Positions 19,079-27,922 of a stretch of DNA of 32,000 nucleotides are shown piece after piece. The notes beneath the pieces were generated by a model. The model was not told the origin of the DNA. It saw only the letters and a list, made by a program, of their open reading frames with translations, and searched no databases. This DNA is from Acholeplasma laidlawii PG-8A (GTDB taxonomy: Bacteria > Bacillota_I > Bacilli_A > Acholeplasmatales > Acholeplasmataceae), in the NCBI RefSeq assembly GCF_000018785.1, contig NC_010163.1, forward strand, positions 840,001-872,000. The letters run 5' to 3'. Position numbers and translations under genes: made by a program. Numbering within the stretch: position 1 is the stretch's first letter; each line of letters starts with the position of its first letter.

Positions 19079-19623
19079 TTTTTAAATGTCTCCTTTGTTA
19101 AGTAATACCATTTTGATGGTTCATTTAAACCTGTAAAACGGTTGTAGTATTTCTTATGATCTTCATATTCAAATATGAAGTTGTTTTTTTCTATGACACG
19201 CATACTTTGAAGATTTTCATTTGCATGGCCAATTATTATCTTGTTAAACCCATGGTAATAAAAACCTACTTCTAGTATCTTTTGTAGCGACTTAGACATA
19301 ATGCCTTTATTCCAATAAGCCTTATTCAGACAAAAACCTACTTCAACAACACCCTCAGATATCATTGTATGAAAGTCTATTGTTCCAATCATTTTATCGT
19401 TTTTCAAATCTACGATTGCATAACCTACAGGTAATCCTCTTTCGGGTCTTTTCAAAAAGAATTCTCTAATTGAGCCGTAAGCTTCTGTCACATCACTGTA
19501 TGGTCCCCAACTTAAAAACTTAACCGTTTCTAGGTCTTTTCCATACTCAAACATGTCTTTAGCATCTTTGAGTTCTACATCTCTTAACATGTAATTATCA
19601 AAATATATGATTGGTTGTTTCAT
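19075..19623 (-). CDS. GNAT-family N-acetyltransferase (RimJ/RimL-like, Acetyltransf_3 type)
   Basis: 182 aa. The pattern LRDVELKDAKDMFEY...IGTIDFH...VEVGFCLNKAYWNKGIMSKSL...IIGHANENLQSMRVIEKNNF is typical of the RimJ/RimL subgroup. SD is AAAAGGAGAAAG. It overlaps the hisS start by 4 nt. Confidence 0.85.
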   Translation of the reverse strand: MKQPIIYFDNYMLRDVELKDAKDMFEYGKDLETVKFLSWGPYSDVTEAYGSIREFFLKRPERGLPVGYAIVDLKNDKMIGTIDFHTMISEGVVEVGFCLNKAYWNKGIMSKSLQKILEVGFYYHGFNKIIIGHANENLQSMRVIEKNNFIFEYEDHKKYYNRFTGLNEPSKWYYLTKETFKK

Positions 19624-19640
19624 AGTTTCTTTCTCCTTTT

Positions 19641-19857
19641 AACAAAAAACGCCCTTAAAAAATTCTAAGGACGAATGATATAATTCGCGGTGCCACCTTA
19701 GTTCCAGATAAACTGGCCCTCATAATGTGTTTTTAGTCTCTAAAGTTGTCCCATGACTTCTATCTCATGTGATTCTTTCACCTGTTTGTGAATCACTCGC
19801 TTGTATTTTAAAGATATAAACATCACTTTTTCTTTGTCTTCGACCTATTTAATTTGT
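19641..19857 (-). promoter_or_regulatory. T-box riboswitch leader (tRNA-sensing transcription attenuator), probably tRNA-Asp specific
   Basis: Minus strand shows the full architecture. The stem I base has a GA/K-turn-like motif (GUC-GAAGAC-AAAG ... CUUU-AGA-GAC). An AGUGA/GAA specifier-loop motif is present, followed by an AG box (AGCGAG) and a distal stem GUGAUUC-ACAAACAGGUGAAA-GAAUCAC. The candidate specifier GAC-A lies at 19750-19748. The T-box sequence is AACUAAGGUGGCACCGCGAAU (19703-19683). The antiterminator is AAGG/CCUU plus GCGAAU/AUUCGU, with a 7-nt bulge UGGCACC. The competing terminator is CGUCCUUA/UAAGGGCG (19673-19650) followed by UUUUUUGUU. Confidence 0.9.
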
Positions 19858-19862
19858 AATAT

Positions 19863-19891
19863 ATTTTATCATTTTATGATATATTTAGCAA
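19863..19891 (-). promoter_or_regulatory. Promoter of the T-box leader
   Basis: Minus strand reads TTGCTA (19891-19886), 17 nt, TAAAAT (19868-19863). Confidence 0.6.
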
Positions 19892-19896
19892 TCTAT

Positions 19897-20964
19897 TTAT
19901 AGATGTTCATTAATTTTCTTAATACTACTTTTGATATTATCTTTATAATATTGCATCGTTACTTCTAATACAACTTGGAACGGTACTGATAGTATGGCAC
20001 CGATGATGCCAAAGAAAGCTTGACCTAATAAAACAAATGCAATGGTTGATATTGGGTTTAAGTTGAGTTTTGTTTGATAAATTTTAGGATTAATCACATA
20101 CGCATCAAGTTGAGGGAATATCAACATAAATATACCAATGGCAATCATGCCATATGCAGCACTTGGTACAGTCATAACAATAACAGCTGTAAATAAGATA
20201 GAGAAATATCCACCAAAATAAGGTATTAAAGATAACACTGCCGCTACAAGTGGTACAAATACTAAAAACTCAGGGAAGAATATGGATAATATGAGCATTA
20301 ATGTACCATATTCAAGCGCTTGGATCGCTGCAATAATGATTTCAGCAACTAAATAATTCGTTAATTCATTATCTAAAGTACGAACAAAACTTACAGTCTT
20401 AGGCTTCACAGTTATAGTTAAATATTCTTTAATACGTTGACGTATTCTAGGGAAATTAAGTAAGAAGATAATACCTACGACAATCACTACAGCACCACTA
20501 ATAATTGTGTTCCAAACTTGACCCACCGTACCACCGCTTGCTGTAAAGAAATTCGTAATTTCAATAATAATTTCATCAACTAAGCCAATGATATAACTTG
20601 ACATGGAGGTTGTATCTACATTTAGAATATCACCGATTTCAATCATAATATTTTCAATACCGACTGAAATATTACCAATACTGTCAACTGCTGGTTTTAA
20701 AACTCCCCAGATTAAATATACAAAGAATATAGTGACTATTGTATATACAATTAAGATACCAAGCCATCTAGGTATTTTATATTTTTGTAATAAATTGATC
20801 AACGGATTTAAGATATATGCAAGTGTAAATGCAATAATTAATGGAAGTAAGGCACTAAAGGCTTGCCCTAAATAACCTGAGATGTTTGGCAAAACAAAAA
20901 TAGCAAGTATGATTATTAAGAGTAATAATAGTATATTTACTAATTTAAAGTTTACCTTTTTCAT
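19897..20964 (-). CDS. AI-2E family transporter (PerM/UPF0118-type permease)
   Basis: 355 aa, about 8 TM helices. The C-terminal region IAFVLLGQAFFGIIGAILSVP is typical of the family. Confidence 0.85.
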   Translation of the reverse strand: MKKVNFKLVNILLLLLIIILAIFVLPNISGYLGQAFSALLPLIIAFTLAYILNPLINLLQKYKIPRWLGILIVYTIVTIFFVYLIWGVLKPAVDSIGNISVGIENIMIEIGDILNVDTTSMSSYIIGLVDEIIIEITNFFTASGGTVGQVWNTIISGAVVIVVGIIFLLNFPRIRQRIKEYLTITVKPKTVSFVRTLDNELTNYLVAEIIIAAIQALEYGTLMLILSIFFPEFLVFVPLVAAVLSLIPYFGGYFSILFTAVIVMTVPSAAYGMIAIGIFMLIFPQLDAYVINPKIYQTKLNLNPISTIAFVLLGQAFFGIIGAILSVPFQVVLEVTMQYYKDNIKSSIKKINEHL

Positions 20965-20967
20965 GTT

Positions 20968-21411
20968 TTAATCCCCTATTTCATACATTAAATTAAATGG
21001 ACCTATATAAGTTGCATCAATGACCATGTGTGCACCAAATACACCCGTTTGAACCTTGTAACCTAGTTTTCTTAATTTCTCTACAAAAGATTCATAAAGT
21101 ACTTCAGCTAATTCAGGTTTTGCTGCTTTAGTAAAACTCGGACGATTATTGTTTGTGACATCACCATATAAAGTAAACTGTGAGACCACTAATATTTCTT
21201 GTTTATCTTTGTCAAGTTTCAAGTTTAGTTTATCATTTTCATCATGATAAATACGTAAATTTGATAACTTTGTTAAACATTTATCCACTAAAGCTTCTGT
21301 ATCGGTGTCTTTGACACCAAAATAGACGACATAACCCTCTTTAATTGAAGAAATTAATTTGTCTTCTACCGTCAGTGTTGCTTTAGATACTTTTGTAACT
21401 AACATTCTCAT
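20968..21411 (-). CDS. dtd: D-aminoacyl-tRNA deacylase
   Basis: 147 aa. SQFTLYGD signature, FGAHM and GPFN C-terminal motif. It lies immediately downstream of relA, as in Bacillus. Confidence 0.93.
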   Translation of the reverse strand: MRMLVTKVSKATLTVEDKLISSIKEGYVVYFGVKDTDTEALVDKCLTKLSNLRIYHDENDKLNLKLDKDKQEILVVSQFTLYGDVTNNNRPSFTKAAKPELAEVLYESFVEKLRKLGYKVQTGVFGAHMVIDATYIGPFNLMYEIGD

Positions 21412-23582
21412 ATAATTTCACGCTCTACATAATATACTTGAGGTACTTTTTGAATGTTTAGGATTAATAAATCAAGTTCTCTTTTTTCTTTTAAAGTCAC
21501 TTTTAATTTAATAATGCTTTCAAGTTCATGACTAGTAATTGCAGAAACTTCAGCAATTGCTATACCACTTGAATTTGCAGTCTGAATAATTTCAGTTAAT
21601 AAACCATTTCTCGTTGTACCTTTAATTTTGATCCAAGTTGCATATTTTCTATTAATATTTGTACCCCAATATGCTGGAATTAATCGGTTTTTATCATATT
21701 GTTGTAAGTTGATACAGTGTTGTGCATGGACAACAATACCGCTACCCTTTGTAACATAACCAGAGATAGAATCACCCGGGATTGGTGTACAACAGTTAGC
21801 AAGTTTTATTTGTGGTGTTGTTAAACCTTCTATAATTACACCCGTATCTGATGTTGCTGTTAATTGTCTTTGTGTACGTTCTATTTGACGCTGAATCAAT
21901 TGTTCTTTTGATATTTCAGGCATCAATTTATTAAGAACTGTTTTTGTAGATACATTACCTTTACCAATTTCAAGGTATAAATCTTGTAAATTGGTAATGG
22001 ATATTTTCTCAAAGTTTTGACGTACCCATTCATCAGTAATTACATCTTCTTTTTTATTCATTAACAACTCTTTATCAAGTAGTTCTTTACCATTTGCTAA
22101 TGTGTATTCATAATTACTCTTATTAATGAAACCTTTAATCTTATGTCTAGCATGTGCCGATTTGGCTATTTTAAGCCAATCTTCACTTGGTCCAGATGAA
22201 TTTTTGTTTGTCTTAATTGCAACAACATCACCTGTTTGAAGTTCATAGTCTAGTGTTACAATACGGTTATTTACTGTTGCACCAACCATTTTATGACCTA
22301 CATCAGTGTGGATTTTATAAGCAAAGTCAATCGGTGTTCCACCACTAGGGATTTCAACGACTTCACCTTTAGGTGTAAAGACATAGACGTTTGCAGAAAA
22401 TATATCAGTTTTAACAGTTTCAACAAACTCTTCTGAGTTTTCACCTTGATCATCTTTATCCTCAGTCATACGCAATAGATCGGCATACCATTTAAGGCGT
22501 GACATCATTTCAAATTGTTCTTTTTCTTTGGAATAAACCTTATTTTCTTTATATGCCCAGTGAGCAGCAATACCATCTTCAGCTACTTTATCCATCTCTT
22601 TTGTACGTATTTGAACCTCAAATAACGTACCATCTGAATGAAGTACGGTTGTATGAAGTGATTGATAAAGGTTTGGTTTAGGTACAGCAATATAATCTTT
22701 AAATCTTTTAGGGATTGGTGTAAAGTGAGCATGGATAATACCTAAGGATTGGTAACATGTCTCAACTTTATCAACGATAATTCGAACTGCTAAAAGATCA
22801 TAAATATCTTCAAAATCTCTCATATCTTTAGTCATCTTTTTATAGATGGAATAGATATTTTTAATTCTACCTTTAATTTCAAAATTAGTTAAATCAGATT
22901 CTTTAAATAATTCTTTAATGTAGTCAATGACGTTATTAATATTACTTTCACGTTCTACTTTTTTAGCTTTGACTAAATTAGATACCTTATAGTACATCGC
23001 AGGATGTACATAACGTAATGCCCTATCTTCTAATTCTGCTTTCCATCTAAAAAGACCGAGTCTGTGAGCAATCGGTGCATATATATCTAAAGTTTCTTTT
23101 GAAATAGCTATTTGTCTATCCGGAGCCATAGAATCCAGTGTTCTCATATTTTGAAGTCTATCCGCGATTTTTATTAAGATGACTCGGATATCTTTAGCCA
23201 TAGCTAAAAGCATTTTTTGTTGATTATCTGTTTGTAATGAATTTTTGAATTGAAGTTTACTTAACTTAGTAACAGCATCTACTAGTGATGCAACATCTTT
23301 ACCAAAGTCTTTTTCAATACCTTCAAGTGTATAATCAGTATCTTCTACCGTATCATGTAGTAGTGCTGCTACTAATGTTTGTGGACCAGCTTCTAGTTCT
23401 GCTAAAATTCTAGCTACTGCAGTAGGGTGGGTAATATAAGGTTCCCCACTCTTACGCATTTGACCTAAATGTTTCTCTTTAGCTACAATATAAGCTTTTG
23501 TGATTAAATTGATATTTGATTCACTTTTAATATAGTGTGAGATATCCTTGATTAATGCTTTATATAGTGCATCGTTCATCAT
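21408..23582 (-). CDS. relA: Bifunctional (p)ppGpp synthetase/hydrolase (long RSH, Rel)
   Basis: 724 aa. HD hydrolase domain (HPTAVA...LLHDTVEDT), synthetase domain (YQSLHTTV, EVQIRT), TGS domain (VFTPKGEVVEIPSGGTPIDFAY) and a C-terminal ACT-like domain. Confidence 0.95.
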   Translation of the reverse strand: MMNDALYKALIKDISHYIKSESNINLITKAYIVAKEKHLGQMRKSGEPYITHPTAVARILAELEAGPQTLVAALLHDTVEDTDYTLEGIEKDFGKDVASLVDAVTKLSKLQFKNSLQTDNQQKMLLAMAKDIRVILIKIADRLQNMRTLDSMAPDRQIAISKETLDIYAPIAHRLGLFRWKAELEDRALRYVHPAMYYKVSNLVKAKKVERESNINNVIDYIKELFKESDLTNFEIKGRIKNIYSIYKKMTKDMRDFEDIYDLLAVRIIVDKVETCYQSLGIIHAHFTPIPKRFKDYIAVPKPNLYQSLHTTVLHSDGTLFEVQIRTKEMDKVAEDGIAAHWAYKENKVYSKEKEQFEMMSRLKWYADLLRMTEDKDDQGENSEEFVETVKTDIFSANVYVFTPKGEVVEIPSGGTPIDFAYKIHTDVGHKMVGATVNNRIVTLDYELQTGDVVAIKTNKNSSGPSEDWLKIAKSAHARHKIKGFINKSNYEYTLANGKELLDKELLMNKKEDVITDEWVRQNFEKISITNLQDLYLEIGKGNVSTKTVLNKLMPEISKEQLIQRQIERTQRQLTATSDTGVIIEGLTTPQIKLANCCTPIPGDSISGYVTKGSGIVVHAQHCINLQQYDKNRLIPAYWGTNINRKYATWIKIKGTTRNGLLTEIIQTANSSGIAIAEVSAITSHELESIIKLKVTLKEKRELDLLILNIQKVPQVYYVEREII

Positions 23583-23601
23583 ATAATCACATCCTTTTCA
23601 T

Positions 23602-24117
23602 TTAGTAGTTAATAAGTGTCTTTACATCGTAATTTTTAAGTAATTTTCTTCCTTCTAAATCATCCAACTCGATTAAGAACGCAAGACCTACAACAATACC
23701 ACCTAATTTTTCAACCAATTCTACTGTTGCTTGCATTGTACCACCTGTTGCCAATAAATCGTCAATAATAACAACTCTTTGTCCAGGTTTTACTGCATCT
23801 TCATGTAAAGATAATGAGTTAGAGCCATATTCTAAATCGTAACTCACTGTAACTGATGCTCTAGGTAATTTACCAGGTTTTCTAACTGGTGCAAATCCAA
23901 CACCTAAATTAACTGCTACAGGACAACCAAAAATAAATCCTCTTGCTTCAGGACCTACGATTAAATCTGCTTTTTTTGATCTTGCAAACTCGGTAAATTG
24001 ATCAGATGCATACTTAAATGCTTTACCATCTAACATCAGAGGTGTAATATCTCTAAATAGGATACCTTCTTTAGGAAAATCTTTTACTGCTGCAATATGT
24101 GCTTTTAAATCCATCAT
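23602..24117 (-). CDS. apt: Adenine phosphoribosyltransferase
   Basis: 171 aa. PRPP-binding loop [13 protein letters not shown] and FRDITPL motif. Confidence 0.95.
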   Translation of the reverse strand: MMDLKAHIAAVKDFPKEGILFRDITPLMLDGKAFKYASDQFTEFARSKKADLIVGPEARGFIFGCPVAVNLGVGFAPVRKPGKLPRASVTVSYDLEYGSNSLSLHEDAVKPGQRVVIIDDLLATGGTMQATVELVEKLGGIVVGLAFLIELDDLEGRKLLKNYDVKTLINY

Positions 24118-24168
24118 TATACATCCCTTTTTAAATTGTTAGACTAAACTAAAATTAATCTACATAAT

Positions 24169-24197
24169 ATTATATGTTATTTAGCGCTATTTTACAA
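24169..24197 (-). promoter_or_regulatory. apt-relA promoter
   Basis: Minus strand reads TTGTAA (24197-24192), 17 nt, TATAAT (24174-24169). Confidence 0.55.
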
Positions 24198-24310
24198 GAT
24201 TTTAAGACCATTGGTCACAGTATTTAACCTATATGTGATAACCCTCACGAAATTACATAACAACTATTTTCAAGTACCAAACATGATATAATAAATCAGG
24301 AGGATCAATC

Positions 24311-25549
24311 ATGGAACCACTAGCAAGTCGCATGCGACCTAAAAATTTTGATGAAGTATATGGACAAGACCATTTACTAAGTAAACATGGCGTATTAACC
24401 AAAATGATAGAAAAGAAAAAGTACTTATCTTTTATCTTATATGGGCCACCAGGTACAGGTAAAACGACAATCGCAAAACTCTTTTCTGACAAATCCATGT
24501 TAGACACTTATTTTTTTAATGCTTCAACTGACAACAAAGCTAAATTAAAAGATATTTTAGACATGACAGCATATCATGATGTACTTATTATTGTGGATGA
24601 GATTCATCGTATGAAAACAGACATTCAAGACTACCTTTTACCATTTTTAGAAAGCGGTAAGGCCATTATGATTGGTTTAACAACACTTAACCCATATCAA
24701 AGTATTAATATGGCGATTCGTAGTCGTTGTCATTTATATGAAATTAAAGCACTTAGTGATAAAGATATTGAAGCAGCTATACTCAATGCAATTCAATATT
24801 TAGATCATGATATACACCTGACAGATGATGCACTTGCAGCAATCATTAGAGCATCTAATTCTGAAATTCGTTCAGCTCTTAATTTACTTGAAAGTGCCTC
24901 ATTAGTGGTTGATGACGGACAAAAAATTACTTCTAACATCATAAGAAAACTTGCTGGTAAACCTCAACTATCCTTAGATGATCATGAAAACCACTATTTT
25001 GAAATGCTAAGTGCACTTCAAAAATCTATTCGAGGTTCTGATGTAGATGCCTCAATTCACTATCTTGCAAGATTATTAACACTAGGTGATTTAGAAATTA
25101 TTTTTAGAAGATTGATTGTGATTGCATATGAAGATATCGGACTAGCAAACCCTACGATGGGTCAAAAGGTTTTAGCAGCCATTCAAGCTGCTAAAATGAC
25201 AGGATTACCTGAGGCAAGAATCCCTTTATCTGTCATCGTTGTCGACATGGCATTATCTCCTAAATCTAACACTGCTTATAGTGCACTTGATAAGGCTATG
25301 GAAGATTTCCAAAATGGTTTAGCAGGACCGATACCAAAACATATTGATAACAAATATATTAAACAACATCCAGATAGCTACAAATACCCACATAACGATC
25401 CAGGTTCATTAAATAGTCAAACACACTTACCTGATAACTTGCTGGATAAAACGTATTATGTACCTAAAGATGAAAGTGCTTACGAAAAAGCACTAAAAGA
25501 TCGCTTAAAACTCATTGATAGTATCAAAGGGTATAAAAGGAAAGGATAA
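24311..25549 (+). CDS. rarA: Replication-associated recombination protein A (AAA+ ATPase, MgsA/RarA)
   Basis: 412 aa. LASRMRPKNFDEVYGQDHL N-terminus, Walker A GPPGTGKTT, Walker B VDEIHR, and the C-terminal MgsA domain (SIRGSD.DA..YYL-like, EDIGLANP). SD is AGGAGGA. Confidence 0.93.
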   Translation: MEPLASRMRPKNFDEVYGQDHLLSKHGVLTKMIEKKKYLSFILYGPPGTGKTTIAKLFSDKSMLDTYFFNASTDNKAKLKDILDMTAYHDVLIIVDEIHRMKTDIQDYLLPFLESGKAIMIGLTTLNPYQSINMAIRSRCHLYEIKALSDKDIEAAILNAIQYLDHDIHLTDDALAAIIRASNSEIRSALNLLESASLVVDDGQKITSNIIRKLAGKPQLSLDDHENHYFEMLSALQKSIRGSDVDASIHYLARLLTLGDLEIIFRRLIVIAYEDIGLANPTMGQKVLAAIQAAKMTGLPEARIPLSVIVVDMALSPKSNTAYSALDKAMEDFQNGLAGPIPKHIDNKYIKQHPDSYKYPHNDPGSLNSQTHLPDNLLDKTYYVPKDESAYEKALKDRLKLIDSIKGYKRKG

Positions 25550-25554
25550 TTCTT

Positions 25555-26076
25555 ATGTTAAAAAATAAACATATACTTACAATTGTTTCAAATGATTATG
25601 ATGATTTAGAGTTTCATTATCCACTCATTAGACTTAAAGAGGCAGGTGCAACCGTGGATATTGCATCGGAAATCAAAGGACAAACCTATAAAGGAAAATA
25701 TGGTTTATCTACAGTCAGTGATTTATCTTTTGATGAAGTAGATATCACCAAATATGATGGTATCATCATCCCGGGTGGTTGGGCACCAGATTATTTAAGA
25801 CGCCTACCTAAAGTTCTAGATTTTATAAGATATCTAAATGAACACAAAAAGATTATTGGTAGTATTTGTCATGCAGGTTGGGTTTTATCTAGTGCAGGTA
25901 TCTTAAAAGGTGTCACGCTTACATCAACTCCTGGTATTAAGGATGATATGATGTATGCAGGTGCTACATGGGTTGACAAGCCTGTGGTAGTTGATAAACA
26001 TATCGTTACTGCCAGAAGACCCATAGATTTACCATATTACTTACCTAAACTCATAGAAGCATTATCAAAACAATAA
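25555..26076 (+). CDS. DJ-1/PfpI family protein (intracellular protease / deglycase type)
   Basis: 173 aa. IPGGWAP and the nucleophile-elbow GSICHAGWVL motif. Confidence 0.88.
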   Translation: MLKNKHILTIVSNDYDDLEFHYPLIRLKEAGATVDIASEIKGQTYKGKYGLSTVSDLSFDEVDITKYDGIIIPGGWAPDYLRRLPKVLDFIRYLNEHKKIIGSICHAGWVLSSAGILKGVTLTSTPGIKDDMMYAGATWVDKPVVVDKHIVTARRPIDLPYYLPKLIEALSKQ

Positions 26077-26101
26077 AAAAGAAGACTTAGTCTTCTTTTT
26101 T
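26075..26101. terminator. Bidirectional terminator between the DJ-1 family gene (+) and rnj (-)
   Basis: Stem AAAGAAGAC (26078-26086), loop TTA, stem GTCTTCTTT (26090-26098), flanked by an A-run on the left and a T-run on the right. The loop is the rnj stop codon. Confidence 0.7.
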
Positions 26102-27775
26102 CATTTCTGTGGATATAATTACTGGTATCGTAATCGGTCTTCTTCTAGCTGTTTGATATACATACTTGGATACTTCATCTCTGATTTGGAGTTTATATTC
26201 ATTCCAATTGATGTATTTACCTTTTAAATGTTTATCGGTTACTTTATCAAAGATTGCTCTAATCTCATCAATCATTGATTCATTTTCATTTAAGTGTACA
26301 AACCCTTTAGATACTATCTTAGGTTCACCTAAAACTTGTTTTTGTTTTGCATTAATGTTTGCAATAATGAGTAACACACCATCTGCTGCGAGTAACTCTC
26401 TATCTCTCATAACAAAGTCATTCACATCGCCAACTGCAGTACCATCAATTAATATTTCAGATGTCTTGATTTCATTTTTTGAGACAAATGGTTCTTTACC
26501 CTTACTTAAATTAACTGCATCACCATTATCAAGTAAGAAAATCTCATCTTCTTTGTAGTTCATTTGTAACGCGAGTTGTTTTACACCATATTGATGACGA
26601 TATTCACCAATGGTTGGAATAATGTATTTAGGTCGAAGTAAATTAATCATCATCTTAATTTCTTCAGCAGTCGCGTGATTAGAAGCTAATAACCTTTTAT
26701 CTACAACTTCAATATTTGCATCACTTCGATATAAAATATCTAGCGTACGTGCTGCCATCTTCTCTGTACCTGGTACAGGTGATGTCATAAGTAAGATAGT
26801 ATCATTTTCACTAATGTGAATTAATCTGTCTTGTTTTCTACACATTCTTTGTAACATATAGAATGGTTCATGACGATTTCCTGTAACTAAGCACACTAGA
26901 TTGTTTGCATCATTTTTATTTTTTTCATCAATAAACTTTAAGTTTACTAGCGCTTCTTTTGGAATTACTAAATATCCTTTTTCAATCGCTATATCAACAA
27001 TACGTTGTGCACGTCTACCTATAATAGCTATTTTCTTATGATGATTTAATGAAATATCTACAATACGTTGAATTTTTTGTAAGTCTGAAGAGAATAAAGA
27101 AACAATAATTCTTCCTTCAGCATTTGCATACACTGAATTAATTTTATGTGTTAATGCATTGTGAATACCACCATCTTGAATTAGTGTTGAGCCTAAAGAC
27201 TCTACTAATAATGCTATCACATTTTTTTGTGCTAAATCGTTAATCTTAGGAAAGTCTGTTTGATAGTTTGGATCGCTGTATTGAGCAAAAGTAAAATCTG
27301 AAGTATATACAATAACACCATCAACCGTATGCAGAGCAATCCCTACTGATTCTGGAATCGAGTGGGTTGTTGAAAAGAAGGTAATTTTTACATTACCAAT
27401 ACGTATAATTGAGTTTTGATCAATTGTGTTTAATGTTAATTGGTTTAAGTCAAAGTTCTTTTCTTTTAAAGAATCTTTTACGACCTCCATAGTAAAAGGG
27501 GTAGCATATATAGGCACATTTAATTCTTTTAAAATGTGTGGTAATGCTCCAATATGATCTTCGTGTGCATGAGATAAAAATATCCCTTTTACACGATCTT
27601 TGATGTTCATAAACATCTTATAGTTTGGTATAATTTCATCAACGCCATACAGTTCTTGGGTCGGATATTTTAGACCGGCGTCCAAAATAAAATATTGTCT
27701 ATCGATATCAACGACATACATATTTTTACCGTTTTCTCCCAATCCACCTAAAGCGAAAAAGCGTATTTCACTCAC
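26087..27775 (-). CDS. rnj: Ribonuclease J (beta-CASP metallo-beta-lactamase RNase)
   Basis: 562 aa with a GTG start. It has the HAHEDHIGALP zinc motif, a beta-CASP region and a C-terminal domain. The N-terminus IRFFALGGLGENGKNMY is typical of RNase J. Confidence 0.95.
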   Translation of the reverse strand: MSEIRFFALGGLGENGKNMYVVDIDRQYFILDAGLKYPTQELYGVDEIIPNYKMFMNIKDRVKGIFLSHAHEDHIGALPHILKELNVPIYATPFTMEVVKDSLKEKNFDLNQLTLNTIDQNSIIRIGNVKITFFSTTHSIPESVGIALHTVDGVIVYTSDFTFAQYSDPNYQTDFPKINDLAQKNVIALLVESLGSTLIQDGGIHNALTHKINSVYANAEGRIIVSLFSSDLQKIQRIVDISLNHHKKIAIIGRRAQRIVDIAIEKGYLVIPKEALVNLKFIDEKNKNDANNLVCLVTGNRHEPFYMLQRMCRKQDRLIHISENDTILLMTSPVPGTEKMAARTLDILYRSDANIEVVDKRLLASNHATAEEIKMMINLLRPKYIIPTIGEYRHQYGVKQLALQMNYKEDEIFLLDNGDAVNLSKGKEPFVSKNEIKTSEILIDGTAVGDVNDFVMRDRELLAADGVLLIIANINAKQKQVLGEPKIVSKGFVHLNENESMIDEIRAIFDKVTDKHLKGKYINWNEYKLQIRDEVSKYVYQTARRRPITIPVIISTEMKKED

Positions 27776-27813
27776 AAATAGTTTTTCCTTTCAGTAACGA
27801 TTTTCAGTTAATA

Positions 27814-27822
27814 TATTATATC
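27814..27822 (-). promoter_or_regulatory. Candidate extended -10 promoter for rnj
   Basis: Minus strand reads TGATATAAT, about 40 nt upstream of the GTG start. Confidence 0.45.
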
Positions 27823-27922
27823 ATATTTTTTCGGACTCTGCTTAAAAAACATAAATTTTATCTTTATCATGTAAATATATCTTAATTAGTTTATAATAAC
27901 TTTATATAGGAGATTATGCAAA

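Noticed and set aside
19741-19800. Alternative T-box specifier readings: GUC in GAA-GUC-A (Val), GAU in GAGAUAG (Asp), CAC in AAUCACAUG (His)
   Set aside because: CAC lies inside the perfect 7-bp distal stem GUGAUUC/GAAUCAC. GAU lies in the UAUCU/AGAUA helix. The GUC register requires a poorer K-turn and basal stem, and it predicts tRNA-Val, which fits neither the UGGC bulge nor the operon. GAC-A just before the CUUU basal stem is retained, but only a model-based alignment can settle it.
24164-24189. Palindromes in the apt promoter region (ATAATATTAT over the -10; TAGCGCTA in the spacer), and the dyad ATCTAT-TT-ATAGAT at 19891-19904 next to the T-box promoter -35
   Set aside because: These are short, mostly A/T palindromes that are expected by chance in this base composition. 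No second half-site or repeated occurrence was found in the window, so an operator call is not supportable.
24253-24507. 84-aa minus-strand ORF spanning the rarA start region
   Set aside because: It overlaps the rarA Walker-A coding region in antisense (its VLPVPGGPY is the mirror of GPPGTGKT). It would start inside rarA and run into the promoter region. There is no SD.
26166-26558. 130-aa plus-strand ORF antisense to rnj. The same applies to the other embedded antisense or alternate-frame ORFs: 3614-3826, 5526-5756, 5656-5856, 6687-6932, 8511-8708, 9438-9626, 10448-10636, 12832-13035, 17793-17975, 20603-20875, 22499-22681, 28074-28295 and 30554-30763
   Set aside because: All lie wholly within strongly supported genes on the other strand or in another frame. 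AT-rich genomes with few stop codons in antisense frames generate such ORFs by chance, and none has an SD or a recognisable motif.
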